64,000 bases of DNA from Acidobacteriota bacterium (lineage in GTDB: Bacteria; Acidobacteriota; Thermoanaerobaculia; Gp7-AA8): NCBI GenBank assembly GCA_019244185.1, contig JAFATB010000002.1:32001-96000 (forward strand), read 5' to 3'. Made by a program: the position numbers and the translations under genes. Shown one piece after another: positions 9,826 to 19,439 of this stretch. Positions within the stretch are counted from its first letter, which is position 1; every line of letters begins with the position of its first letter. Under the pieces are notes generated by a model that saw nothing but the letters and a program-made list of their open reading frames with translations, ran no database searches and was not told the DNA's origin.

Positions 9826-10860
9826 ATGACGCCGTTCCTCGTCATCCGCCAGTCGAGCGACTATCCGGTCTACGTCGAACGCGGCGCGCTCGATCGCGTC
9901 GGCGAGGCCGTGCGTCCGCGCGGGCGCGTCTTCGTCATCACCTCGCACGCGCTGCGCGAGCGTTTCGGCATGCGCGTCGCGCGCTCGTTTCGCGACGCCG
10001 AGATCCTGACGATCGAAGAAGGGGAGGCGAACAAGACCCTCGCGACGGCGAACGACGTCGTCACGCAGCTCCTCGACCGCGGCGCACGCCGCGACGCGAT
10101 GGCGGTGGTCGTCGGCGGCGGCATGCTCGGCGACACGGCCGGCTTCGCGGCGTCGATCTATTTGCGCGGCATCGATCTCGTGCACGTGCCGACGACGCTG
10201 CTCGCGCAGGTCGACAGCTCGATCGGCGGCAAGCTCGCCGTCAACCACGAGAAGGGCAAGAACCTCATCGGCAGCTTCTATCCGCCGCGCGCCGTCGTCA
10301 GCGATCTCGAGGTGCTCGACACGCTGCCGCCGCGCGAGCGGCTCTCCGGCTTGTACGAGGCGCTGAAAGGCGGCGTGATCGGCGATCCGCTGCTCTTCGA
10401 GCGGTTCGAAGGCGATGCGTTCGATCTCGACGCAGTCGTCCGCGCGGCGATCCGCGTCAAAGCGGAGATCGTCTCCGCCGACGAACGGGAGGCCGACCTG
10501 CGGCGGCTGCTCAACTACGGCCACACGATCGCCCACGGCATCGAGGCCGCGCTGCACTACGAAGGACTCACGCACGGTGAGGCCGTCGCGTGGGGGATGA
10601 TCGGCGCGAACGCGATCGCCGTGCGCCGCGGGCTCCTCGCGCGAGACGAAGCGGCGCGCATCGAGCGAGCCATCCGCAAGTACGAGCCGTCGCCGCTGCC
10701 GAAGCTCGATCGGCGCGACATCCTCGCCGCGACCGAGCACGACAAGAAGAACACCGGCACCGCGCGGGTGATGGTGTTCCCGCGCAAAGTTGGCGAGTGC
10801 GTGGTGGTGAGCGACGTGACGGAAGACGAGATCGCGTACGGGATCGACGCGATTCTCTAG
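9826..10860 (+). CDS. aroB: 3-dehydroquinate synthase
   Basis: GEANKT, GGGMLGD, VPTTLLAQVDSSIGGK, KNLIGSF, LLNYGHT, HGEAVA. Confidence 0.95.
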   Translation: MTPFLVIRQSSDYPVYVERGALDRVGEAVRPRGRVFVITSHALRERFGMRVARSFRDAEILTIEEGEANKTLATANDVVTQLLDRGARRDAMAVVVGGGMLGDTAGFAASIYLRGIDLVHVPTTLLAQVDSSIGGKLAVNHEKGKNLIGSFYPPRAVVSDLEVLDTLPPRERLSGLYEALKGGVIGDPLLFERFEGDAFDLDAVVRAAIRVKAEIVSADEREADLRRLLNYGHTIAHGIEAALHYEGLTHGEAVAWGMIGANAIAVRRGLLARDEAARIERAIRKYEPSPLPKLDRRDILAATEHDKKNTGTARVMVFPRKVGECVVVSDVTEDEIAYGIDAIL

Positions 10861-11891
10861 GCCACTCGCTTCACCGGCAGCCGCAGCACCATCGACGTCC
10901 CCACGCCTTCGATCGACGCCACGCTCACCTCGCCGCCGTGCGCCTCGATGACCTGTTTGACGATGTAGAGGCCGAGTCCCGTGCCGCCGCCGCCGCGCAG
11001 CGACTTGTTGCCGCTCTGCTTGTACTTTTCGAAGATCGTCTGCAACTGATCGGGCTTGATGCCCATCCCCGTGTCCGTCACCGTGATGACGATCGCCTCG
11101 GGCGCATCGCCGTTGCGCACGATCTGCGCGCCGACGGAGATCAGCCCTTTTTTCGGCGTGAACTTCAGCGAGTTCGAGATGAGGTTGATCACCGCCTGCG
11201 TCAGCTTCTCCACGCTGCCGATGATCTGCGGCACGTCGCGGCCGTGCGCGGTGAGGAGGAAGACCTCGTCGCGCGAGGCGACCTGCTGGAGGCTGCGCAC
11301 CGCGCGCTTCAGCACACCGGCCACGCGCACCGGCTCGGTCTCGACTGTGAAGCTGCCCGACTGGATCTTCGAGAAATCGAGAATCTCGTTGATGAGATTC
11401 ATCATCCGCTCGGACTCGCGCTGCGCTTCCTGCAGGAGGTCGGAGTAGATCGAGTCGAGCTTCGTCCCTTCCTGCGCGAGCACGAACTCCAGCGTGCCCT
11501 GGATGCCCGAGAGCGGCCCGCGGAGGTCGTGGACGATCTGCGCGGTGAAGTCCGACTTCGCCTGTTCCGCCTCGCGCTGGCTCGTGACGTCGTCGAACGA
11601 CAGCGCCACGCCGCGGAGGTCGGCCTCGTCGACGCGCAGGATGCGGTCGATGCGGTAGACGCGGCCTTCGATCTCGACGTCGGTCGACTTCTGTTCGTCG
11701 CCGTCGAGAAAGAACCCCTGCAGCCAGCCGCGCTCGCCCGCGACCGCGCGCGCGGCCTCGTTGAGCCACTGCGCCGCGTCGTCGCCGAAGATCGTTTCGA
11801 AGGCGCGGTTGCGATAGCCGATCGTGCCCGCTTCCGTGACGACGGCGATGGCGCTCGGCAGCTTGTCGAGCAGCGAGATGGCGAAGCTCAT
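10857..11891 (-). CDS. Cytoplasmic PAS-domain sensor histidine kinase
   Basis: Starts MSFAISLLD; VHDLRGPL (H box), NLISNSLKFT (N box), DTGMGI, GTGLGL; no TM segment. Confidence 0.9.
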   Translation of the reverse strand: MSFAISLLDKLPSAIAVVTEAGTIGYRNRAFETIFGDDAAQWLNEAARAVAGERGWLQGFFLDGDEQKSTDVEIEGRVYRIDRILRVDEADLRGVALSFDDVTSQREAEQAKSDFTAQIVHDLRGPLSGIQGTLEFVLAQEGTKLDSIYSDLLQEAQRESERMMNLINEILDFSKIQSGSFTVETEPVRVAGVLKRAVRSLQQVASRDEVFLLTAHGRDVPQIIGSVEKLTQAVINLISNSLKFTPKKGLISVGAQIVRNGDAPEAIVITVTDTGMGIKPDQLQTIFEKYKQSGNKSLRGGGGTGLGLYIVKQVIEAHGGEVSVASIEGVGTSMVLRLPVKRVA

Positions 11892-12295
11892 TGCGGCACC
11901 GTGATGGCGCGCTCCTGCTGCAGCTTCGCCAGAATGAACAGCGTCGTGAACGGATCGAACGGACTGAGGATGAGCAGCTTCTGCAGATCGAGCCGGCCGT
12001 CGATGAGCGACACGAGATAGCCTTCCTGCGCGTTGAGATTGAAGCGGTCGAAGTTCGAGAGGAACTCGGCGCTCAGCTTCGGCACCGCCTGCATGCCGCG
12101 CGGATGCGCGAGCAATTCGCGCACGATCGCGTTGCGCACGAGCTCCACGTAGCCGCGCAGCGAGAGGTCGTCGGGATAGACGCGCCGCGCCTCGAGCAGC
12201 TTCGCGTACGTGTGCCACGGCCCGTTGTGCTTCAGCGAGTCGCCGACCAGCCGGCTCCAGTCCGGATGGGGAGGCGCGATGGGGTTCGCGGACAT
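11888..12295 (-). CDS. Hypothetical protein, probable C-terminal winged-helix
   Basis: 135 aa ORF with host-like codon usage, overlaps the kinase start by 4 nt; LNAQEGYLVSLIDG...LAKLQQERAI. Confidence 0.7.
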   Translation of the reverse strand: MSANPIAPPHPDWSRLVGDSLKHNGPWHTYAKLLEARRVYPDDLSLRGYVELVRNAIVRELLAHPRGMQAVPKLSAEFLSNFDRFNLNAQEGYLVSLIDGRLDLQKLLILSPFDPFTTLFILAKLQQERAITVPQ

Positions 12296-12303
12296 TGCGA
12301 TCG

Positions 12304-12360
12304 ATTTTATCCTGAGGCGCGGAGTCGCGAGCGGATCTCGGCGCGGGCTCAGGATAAACT
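12304..12360. promoter_or_regulatory. Inverted-repeat divergent promoter region
   Basis: ATTTTATCCTGAG (12304-16) and CTCAGGATAAACT (12348-60) match 12/13 as an inverted repeat; each arm ends in a -10-like TAAAAT/TAAACT facing one gene. Confidence 0.55.
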
Positions 12361-12366
12361 GAGCGC

Positions 12367-14796
12367 GTGACCGAGCTCGTTCCGCAAGCCCCGCCGCGCT
12401 CGCGCCGCGCGCGCCTGCTCCTGCTGCTCGTCGCCGCGCTGCTCGGCGTTCCGGCGGGCTTTCTCTTCGCGCACGCCGTGCGCGTGCCCGCGGTCCGCAA
12501 GCTCATCGACTATCAGCCGGCTATCATCACGCGCATCTACGACCGCAACGGACTGCCGTTCGCGGAGTACTCGATCCAGCGCCGCATCGTCGTGCCGAAG
12601 CGCGAGATGTCGCAGAACTTCGTCAACGCCGTCGTCGCCACCGAAGACGCCGATTTCTACAAACACGGCGGCGTCGATCCGAAAGCGATCATCCGCGCCG
12701 CGATCAAGGACGTCATCGAACGCCGCCGCGCGCAGGGCGCGTCGACGCTGACGCAGCAGCTCGCCAAGCAGGTCTTCCTCACGCCCGAGAAGACGCTGCG
12801 CCGCAAGATCAACGAGGTCTTTCTCGCCGTGCAGATCGAGAAGGACTTCACCAAAGACCAGATCTTCGAGCTCTACGCGAATCAGGTCTACCTCGGCCAC
12901 GGCGCGTACGGCATCGAAGCCGCCTCGCGCCTCTACTTCGGCAAGCACGCGAAAGATCTCTCGATCGCCGAGGGCGCGACCATCGCCGCGCTCATCCGCT
13001 CGCCGATGTTCTACAGCCCGATCTCGCATCCGGATCGCGCGAAGATGCGCCGCGACTATGTGCTGAGCCGCGAGCTGAAGGAAGGCTTCATCACGCGCCA
13101 GCAGTATCAGCAGGCCGTGTCGACGCCGCTCATTCTCGGCACGTATAAAGAAGAGGCTCCGCGCGTCGGCGCGTACTTCGCCGAAGAGATCCGGCAGTAC
13201 ATCGAGAAGAACGAGAAGTTCGGCGTCGAGAACCTCTACCAGCGCGGGCTCAAGGTCTACTCGACGCTCGACCTGCGCATGCAGCAAGCCGCCGAAATCG
13301 CGCTCCAGCGCGGCTTACGCCGGTTCGACAAACGCCGCGGCTTCCGCAAGCCCTCGCGCAACCTCGTCGCGGAAGGACTCGATCCCGAAACGTGGCGCGA
13401 TCCGAGCTGGAGCAGCGAGCCGTACACCGTCGATCGTCTCTATCCCGCGGTCGTGCTCGCGGTGGGGAAGGATCGCGTCACCGTGCGCGTCAACCGCGAC
13501 CGCATCGACCTCGACCCCGAGTCGTGGAAGTGGACCACGAAGAAGACGCTCGACGGCGTCGTCAAACGCGGCGATCTCGTCTACGTCCTGCAGAGCGAGA
13601 ACGAGAAGACCAAAGCGCGCAAGTGGATGCTCGACCAGATGCCGGTCGTGCAGGGCGCGATCGTCGCCATCGACGTGAAGAGCGGCGAGATCCGAGCGCT
13701 CGTCGGCGGCTACGACTTCCAGATGTCGAAGTTCAACCGCGCCGTGCAGTCGCGGCGGCAGACCGGCTCGTCGTTCAAGCCGTTCGTCTACGGCGCCGCG
13801 TTCGAGAAAGGACTCACGCCGGCCGACACGCTCTTCGACGCGCCGATCGCGATTCCCGTGGGAAATCAGACGTACGCGCCGAAGAACTACTACGGCAAGT
13901 ACGCCGGCATCGTCACGATCCAGCGCGCGCTCGAGCTGTCGATCAACGTGCCCGCGGTGAAGACGTACATGATGGCCGGCGGCGACCGCGTGGTCGACTT
14001 CGCGCGCCGCTGCGGCATCACCTCCGATCTTCCGAAGTATCCGTCGCTGGCTCTCGGCGCCGCGGGCGTCTCGCCGGTGGAGATGACGGCCGCGTACAAC
14101 GTCTTCATCAACAACGGCGTCTACGTCAAGCCACGCTACATCCGGAAGATTGCCGACCAGACCGAGCGCGCGCTCGACGAGCCGCTGTCCGAGCTCTCCG
14201 AGGCCACCTCGCCGCAGGTCGCGTTCGAGCTGGCGTACATGCTCAAGGGCGTCATCGATCGCGGCACGGGCTACGCGGCGCATACGCTCGCGCCGCCGCT
14301 CGCGGGGAAGACCGGCACCACGAACGGCTACACGGACGCGTGGTTCATCGGCTTCACGCCGGAGTACACGATCGGCGTCTGGACCGGCTACGACGATCCG
14401 TCGAAGTCGCTCGGCGGCGGCGCGACCGGCGCCGAAGTCGCGCTGCCGATCTGGATCGACGTCGAGAAACAGCTGGAGACGCTCAAGCTGCGGACGCCGA
14501 AGCCGGAGTTCGAGCCGCCCGCGGGGGTCGTGGTCGTGCCGATGGATCTCTACAGCGGACGCCGCGGCGCGGGTCCGTGCAGCCGCGTCGTCAACCAGGC
14601 ATTCGTCGCGGGCCAGGAGCCGGACAAGGACTGCAGCGGCGCCAGCGTCGAGGTCAGTAAACTACCGTACTACCTGCAGCGACCGTTCTATCAGCCGAAG
14701 GAAGCGGAGCCGACCCAGGCCGCGAACGACGCGTCGGCGCGCACGGGCGAGGGCGCGGAGTCGCCCGCGCCGAACACCGACACCAGCGGGCACTAA
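12367..14796 (+). CDS. mrcA: Penicillin-binding protein 1A (class A PBP)
   Basis: N-terminal TM; glycosyltransferase motifs EDADFYKHGGVD, GASTLTQQLAK, RKINE; transpeptidase SSFK, SIN, GKTGT. Confidence 0.9.
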   Translation: MTELVPQAPPRSRRARLLLLLVAALLGVPAGFLFAHAVRVPAVRKLIDYQPAIITRIYDRNGLPFAEYSIQRRIVVPKREMSQNFVNAVVATEDADFYKHGGVDPKAIIRAAIKDVIERRRAQGASTLTQQLAKQVFLTPEKTLRRKINEVFLAVQIEKDFTKDQIFELYANQVYLGHGAYGIEAASRLYFGKHAKDLSIAEGATIAALIRSPMFYSPISHPDRAKMRRDYVLSRELKEGFITRQQYQQAVSTPLILGTYKEEAPRVGAYFAEEIRQYIEKNEKFGVENLYQRGLKVYSTLDLRMQQAAEIALQRGLRRFDKRRGFRKPSRNLVAEGLDPETWRDPSWSSEPYTVDRLYPAVVLAVGKDRVTVRVNRDRIDLDPESWKWTTKKTLDGVVKRGDLVYVLQSENEKTKARKWMLDQMPVVQGAIVAIDVKSGEIRALVGGYDFQMSKFNRAVQSRRQTGSSFKPFVYGAAFEKGLTPADTLFDAPIAIPVGNQTYAPKNYYGKYAGIVTIQRALELSINVPAVKTYMMAGGDRVVDFARRCGITSDLPKYPSLALGAAGVSPVEMTAAYNVFINNGVYVKPRYIRKIADQTERALDEPLSELSEATSPQVAFELAYMLKGVIDRGTGYAAHTLAPPLAGKTGTTNGYTDAWFIGFTPEYTIGVWTGYDDPSKSLGGGATGAEVALPIWIDVEKQLETLKLRTPKPEFEPPAGVVVVPMDLYSGRRGAGPCSRVVNQAFVAGQEPDKDCSGASVEVSKLPYYLQRPFYQPKEAEPTQAANDASARTGEGAESPAPNTDTSGH

Positions 14797-14844
14797 CGCG
14801 CACGGCGCGCCACAAATCGCATCGCGTCGTGTCTTCCCATTGCG

Positions 14845-15506
14845 ATGCGACTTCGCGTGGGACTGGTCGTGCTGCTTCCTCGGCGGCGGCGTCGTGCTGC
14901 TCTACCTCGCGCTGAACCACACCGGACATCTGACGCGCGACGACGTCCTTCTCAGCGTCGGCTGCAGCGTGCTGCAACTGGTCGCGACCGTCGGCTTCAT
15001 CGACACGCTGATGGAGCGCCAGCGCCGCGCCGGCGAATACGAGGAGATCGCTTGGCAGATGCTGCACGACATCGAGGCCGTGGTCTGGGTCTGGCTCGGC
15101 GGCTCGCGACACTTTGATATCAATGAGCTCGTGGGGTCTGCTGCGCGACGTGAAGGACGCCGACCGCCCCGAGCCGTTCACCGTCAACGGCTTCATCTCC
15201 CTCGGCGCGCGCGCCGACTACACGCTGCGCACGCGTCCGCGCCACATGCGCCACGCCCCGCAATTGCGCAAGGGACTGCACGCCGTGGTGTCGCTCGCCG
15301 CGATTCGCGATCACGAAAGCATCGCCCTCTCCGCCTCCGCCCCGAAGACGCCCACAGGGATGGCCACCGCGCTGCTCGACGCCACGCTCTCCATCGCCGC
15401 CTGCGTCGACCTCCGCCCGACCGAGCTCTCCGGCGTGACGTACGAAACCGACGCCGCCGCGGCGCGGCAACGGTTTCGCGAACGCGGCGAGCGGAACGAG
15501 GAGTGA
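14845..15506 (+). pseudogene. Membrane protein of unknown function split by two apparent +1 frameshifts
   Basis: MRLRVGLVVL (frame 1) -> FLGGGVVLLYL...FDINELVG (frame 2) -> LLRDVKDAD...RNEE (frame 3); shifts near 14875 and at the G4 run 15133-36; may be assembly error. Confidence 0.5.
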
Positions 15507-15570
15507 GGCGGCGCGGCGGTGGCAACCTTAGGCAGTGGTCAATACGTCCCGACCGAGGTACGATCGAGCC

Positions 15571-15828
15571 ATGGCGCGCGCGCAATCGAAGCTGACGGCA
15601 CAGAGCGAGATCGCCGTTCCCGCGGAAATCCGGCGCAAGCTCGGAATCGGGCCGGGATCGATCGTCGAATGGGAACAGGACGGCGAACTCGTCTTCGTGC
15701 GCCGTGCCGGCCGCTATTCCTTCGAAGACGTTCATCGAGCGCTGTTCGGCGGTCAACCGCCCGAGAAAAGCGTGGACGTGAAGGCGACCATCGCGAAGCA
15801 CATCCGCGCCAAGCATGCGCGCCGTTGA
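15571..15828 (+). CDS. AbrB/MazE/SpoVT-family antitoxin
   Basis: SKLTAQSEIAVPAEIRRKLGIGPGSIVEW; directly upstream of a PIN toxin gene. Confidence 0.85.
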   Translation: MARAQSKLTAQSEIAVPAEIRRKLGIGPGSIVEWEQDGELVFVRRAGRYSFEDVHRALFGGQPPEKSVDVKATIAKHIRAKHARR

Positions 15829-16194
15829 CACGACGTCCTCGTGCGGCTCGTGACGCGCGACGATGCGAGGCAAGTCGCGCTCGCCGAAGCATTCGTAGAA
15901 CCGGGAGCATGGGTGCCACAGCTGGTACTCGCCGAGACCGTGTGGGTTCTCGAAACCGCTTATCACCTGAAACCCGGCCAGCTCATCGCCGGCATCGAGA
16001 AACTGCTCGGTCTCGCGCAGTTGACGCTGCAGGACGCAGACGCTGTCGTTGCGGCGCTCGAGTCCTATCGTCGGCAGCCCGCCCTCGGATTTTCTGACTG
16101 TCTGGTGCTGGCGATCGCACGCAAGTCGGGACATCTGCCGCTCGGCACGTTCGATCGAACGCTCGGTAAGCTCGACGGCGCACAGCGGCTTTAG
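15815..16194 (+). pseudogene. vapC: VapC/PIN-domain toxin with a 1-bp deletion near 15833
   Basis: ATG CGC GCC GTT GAC ACG A(-)C GTC CTC GTG restores MRAVDTNVLVRL; downstream LAETVWVL, FSDCLV, TFDR. Confidence 0.75.
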
Positions 16195-16221
16195 CGGCGA
16201 TGGCACAATGCGGCGCGCCGC

Positions 16222-18552
16222 ATGACGCTCGTTCTCTACCTCCTGACCGCGCTCGCGCTGCTCGCGCTCGCGCACCGGTTCGTGACGCCGCTCTCACGTG
16301 CGGCGGCGATCGTGCTCGTGGCGATGCCGCTACTCTTCGTCGGATATGCGCTCGTGACCGGCGGCGTGTACGCGCCGATCGATCATCCGTATCAGTCGGA
16401 GCCGCTGGCGGCGCTGAAAGGGGAGTACGGGATCGGCGCGCCGCACAACATCGCGGTCACGGACATCTACTCGCAGATGCTGCCGTGGCGCCGCGTGGTG
16501 CAGGAGTCGCTCGCGCGCGGGGAGTGGCCGCTGTGGAACGCATACAACCTCTGCGGGCATCTGCTCGCGGCGGGCGCGCAGGCGGCGGTGTTCAGTCCGT
16601 TCACGTGGATCGCGTGTCTGCTGCCGGCGGCGCAGAGCTTCACGTTCACGGCGGCGATCGCGTTCTTCGCGGCGGGGCTCTGCGCGTTTCTCTTTGCGCG
16701 TGAGCTGGAGCTGAGCGAATGCGCGTCGCTCATCGGTGCGGCGGCGTGGCTCGGCTCGACCTCAATCGTGCTCTACATCGAATGGCCGCTGGGCTTTGCG
16801 AGCGCGTGCATGCCGCTGGTGATGCTCGCGGCGCGGCGGATCGTCACCGCGCCAACGGTCCGCTCGGCGGCGCTGCTCACCGCGACGCTGACGCTCGTGC
16901 TGATGCTCGGACATCCGGAGACGCTGCTGCACGTCGTGCTGCTCGCATCGGCGTACGCGGTGTTCACGATGATCCGCCTGCGCATCGCGCCGATGCGGCC
17001 GATCGTCACCGCGCTCGTCGCAGGCCTCGTCGCGCTCGCGCTCTGCGCGATCCAGATCCTGCCGATGCGCAAGGCCATCGCGCAGTCGGCGGAATACGAA
17101 TACAAGGTGCGCGTCTGGTCGCACGAGGATCGCGCGGCGCCGCGGACGCAGATGCTCGCGTATCTCGCCACCGATCTCTTTCCGTACCTCTACCTGCGCA
17201 AGTGGGAAGTGCCGGAGCTGCCGCCGTTGCGCGCGGAGAGCTTCGCCGTCGGCAGCATCGCGCTCGCGCTGGCGGCGTTTGCCGTGACACGCCGTCGCGG
17301 CGACACGTGGTTCTTCGTCGCGAGCGCCATCGCGTGCATCGCCGTCGCCATCGCGTGGGGACCGGCGGCGAACGCGCTGCAGCACTTCCCGCTGCTGGAC
17401 ATCACGCACAACGAGCGACTCGCGTTCGCCGCGGCGATGTTCCTCGCGTTTCTCGCTGCGATCGGCGCGGAAGAAGCGCTGCGCGCGCCGCGCGCGGCGG
17501 CGCTCCCGTGCGGCATCGTGCTCGCGTTGCTCGCGGCCGGCACGTGGTGGCTCACGCAGCACGTGCGCCTCGCGCCGCTGCCGAACGACTGGGGCACGTA
17601 TCGCATCCACGCCGAGCTCGGATTTCTCGCCGCGGCCGCGCTGCTCTTCGCATTCACGCGCACGCGGGCCGCGTTGCCGCTGTTACTCGGGTTGCTACTC
17701 GCGCAGCGCACCATCTCCGAGTCCGGCGCGCACAAGACCTTTCCCGCGCACGCCGCGTATCCGCATCTCGCGCTCTTCGATTCGCTCGCGAACATCCGCG
17801 AGCCGTTTCGCATTGTGGGGCTGAAGTACGCGCTGATCCCCGCGACGAACGTCTACTACGGGCTCGAAGACGCGCGCGGCTACGACGCGGTCACGTACAT
17901 GGGCACCGGCCGCACGTTTCCGCTCTGGTGTCAGCACCAGGTCGTCTGGTTCAACCGCGTCGCCGATCTCACGCGGCCGTTCCTCTCCTTCCTCAACATC
18001 CGCTTCGCCGTCGCCGCGGACGACGCGCCGGTCCCGAACGGCTGGCGGAAAGTCGCGGCGATGCCGGGCTCGATGCTCCTCGAAAACGCCAACGTCATTC
18101 CGCGCGTCTCGGTCCCCAAACGCGTGCGCCTCGGCGGCACGCCCGAACAGCAGCTCGCGGAGATGCTGCAGGAGACCGACTTTCGCGACCGGATGTGGGT
18201 CGATGCGGCGACGCCCGCGCCGGAACGCGTCAACGGTCCGGGCAGCATCGTCCTGCGCGAGCGCTCGCGTCGCGGCATGTATCGCTTCGACGCCGACATG
18301 CAGGGCGACGGCTGGGTCGTCGTCTCCGACACCGCGTGGAATGGCTGGCGCGCGTACATCGATGGCCGCCGCGTGAAATCGACGCGCGCGAACCTCGCGT
18401 TCGTCTCCGTGTTCGTGCCGCGCGGACGGCACGACGTGCGTCTCGTCTATCTGCCGGAGTCGTTCGTGCGCGGACGCGCGATCAGCGCCGTGACGCTGAT
18501 CGCGCTCGCGGCGTTCGCGCTCACGCGCGCGCGGTCGGCACGTAGCGCGTGA
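16222..18552 (+). CDS. YfhO-family polytopic membrane protein (putative GT-C glycosyltransferase)
   Basis: PLWNAYNLCGHLL, GHPET, many TM segments, GYDA, GWRAYIDG...VPRGRHDV C-terminal domain. Confidence 0.8.
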   Translation: MTLVLYLLTALALLALAHRFVTPLSRAAAIVLVAMPLLFVGYALVTGGVYAPIDHPYQSEPLAALKGEYGIGAPHNIAVTDIYSQMLPWRRVVQESLARGEWPLWNAYNLCGHLLAAGAQAAVFSPFTWIACLLPAAQSFTFTAAIAFFAAGLCAFLFARELELSECASLIGAAAWLGSTSIVLYIEWPLGFASACMPLVMLAARRIVTAPTVRSAALLTATLTLVLMLGHPETLLHVVLLASAYAVFTMIRLRIAPMRPIVTALVAGLVALALCAIQILPMRKAIAQSAEYEYKVRVWSHEDRAAPRTQMLAYLATDLFPYLYLRKWEVPELPPLRAESFAVGSIALALAAFAVTRRRGDTWFFVASAIACIAVAIAWGPAANALQHFPLLDITHNERLAFAAAMFLAFLAAIGAEEALRAPRAAALPCGIVLALLAAGTWWLTQHVRLAPLPNDWGTYRIHAELGFLAAAALLFAFTRTRAALPLLLGLLLAQRTISESGAHKTFPAHAAYPHLALFDSLANIREPFRIVGLKYALIPATNVYYGLEDARGYDAVTYMGTGRTFPLWCQHQVVWFNRVADLTRPFLSFLNIRFAVAADDAPVPNGWRKVAAMPGSMLLENANVIPRVSVPKRVRLGGTPEQQLAEMLQETDFRDRMWVDAATPAPERVNGPGSIVLRERSRRGMYRFDADMQGDGWVVVSDTAWNGWRAYIDGRRVKSTRANLAFVSVFVPRGRHDVRLVYLPESFVRGRAISAVTLIALAAFALTRARSARSA

Positions 18553-18910
18553 TCATGTCGATCATCTTGTCGCGCGTGAGCGGCTTGCGCATCCACGCGT
18601 TCGCGCCGGAGCTGGGGAACATCTCCTCGAGCGAGCGCTCGGGCAGATCGGAGATGAGCACGATCGGGATGTCTTTCTTGTTCGACTGCGACTTGAGCAC
18701 TTCGCTGAGGCGGTTGCCCTTGATGCTGGGCAGGTTGACGTCGAGAAAAATGATGTCGGGCGTGTTGCCGGCGAGCACGTGATTGAACTCGATCCAGCTC
18801 GACGCCGTCAGCACCGTGCAGCCTTCACGCTCGAGCAGCGCGCGGCCCAGCTTCAGCACGAGCGGGTTGTCGTCGAGAATCAGCACAGAGATATTCGCAA
18901 GAGCAGGCAT
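18521..18910 (-). CDS. Single-domain response regulator
   Basis: LILDDN, IFLDVNLP (phospho-Asp), LIS, KPLT; about 129 aa. Confidence 0.9.
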   Translation of the reverse strand: MPALANISVLILDDNPLVLKLGRALLEREGCTVLTASSWIEFNHVLAGNTPDIIFLDVNLPSIKGNRLSEVLKSQSNKKDIPIVLISDLPERSLEEMFPSSGANAWMRKPLTRDKMIDMITRYVPTARA

Positions 18911-18976
18911 TGGTTTGCGTATCTTCCTTACGACCGCGAGGCGGGTATTGCGCACATGATACTCTCTCGCGGCGCG

Positions 18977-19423
18977 ATGACCGACCTCCCTGCGCCTCCC
19001 GCGCGGCGGTTCCAGTGGCCCGCCGAGTACTACTCCGGTCCCACCCCGAACGCCGTCTTTCCACGCTGGGTTCCCTTCGGCTGCGGCGCGGCCTCCGTGC
19101 TCATGCTCGCGATCCTCGTCGCCGGCGGCGTGTGGCTCTCGAGCGGCGGACTAACCGATCTGATGGACTGGGTCATCGGCATGACCATGGGCGAAATCCG
19201 CGGCATGTACACCGCCGCGGTGACGCCCGCGCAGCGGCAATTGGTCGACGCGGAAGTCGAGCGCGTGCGCAAGGACTTGCGCGCGAACCGCATCAGCGCG
19301 GCAAAGCTCGATCCGCTGCTGCGCGCGCTGCGCGACGCTGCGGCCGACAGCAAGGTCGATCCCGCCGAGGCGCAGACGATCGTCGCGGAGGCGCACGCCA
19401 TTCGTCCGCAACCCGCACACTGA
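18977..19423 (+). CDS. Hypothetical membrane-anchored protein
   Basis: [23 protein letters not shown] segment followed by a helical domain; just upstream of uvrB. Confidence 0.65.
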   Translation: MTDLPAPPARRFQWPAEYYSGPTPNAVFPRWVPFGCGAASVLMLAILVAGGVWLSSGGLTDLMDWVIGMTMGEIRGMYTAAVTPAQRQLVDAEVERVRKDLRANRISAAKLDPLLRALRDAAADSKVDPAEAQTIVAEAHAIRPQPAH

Positions 19424-19439
19424 TCCTTTCTTCGAGACC

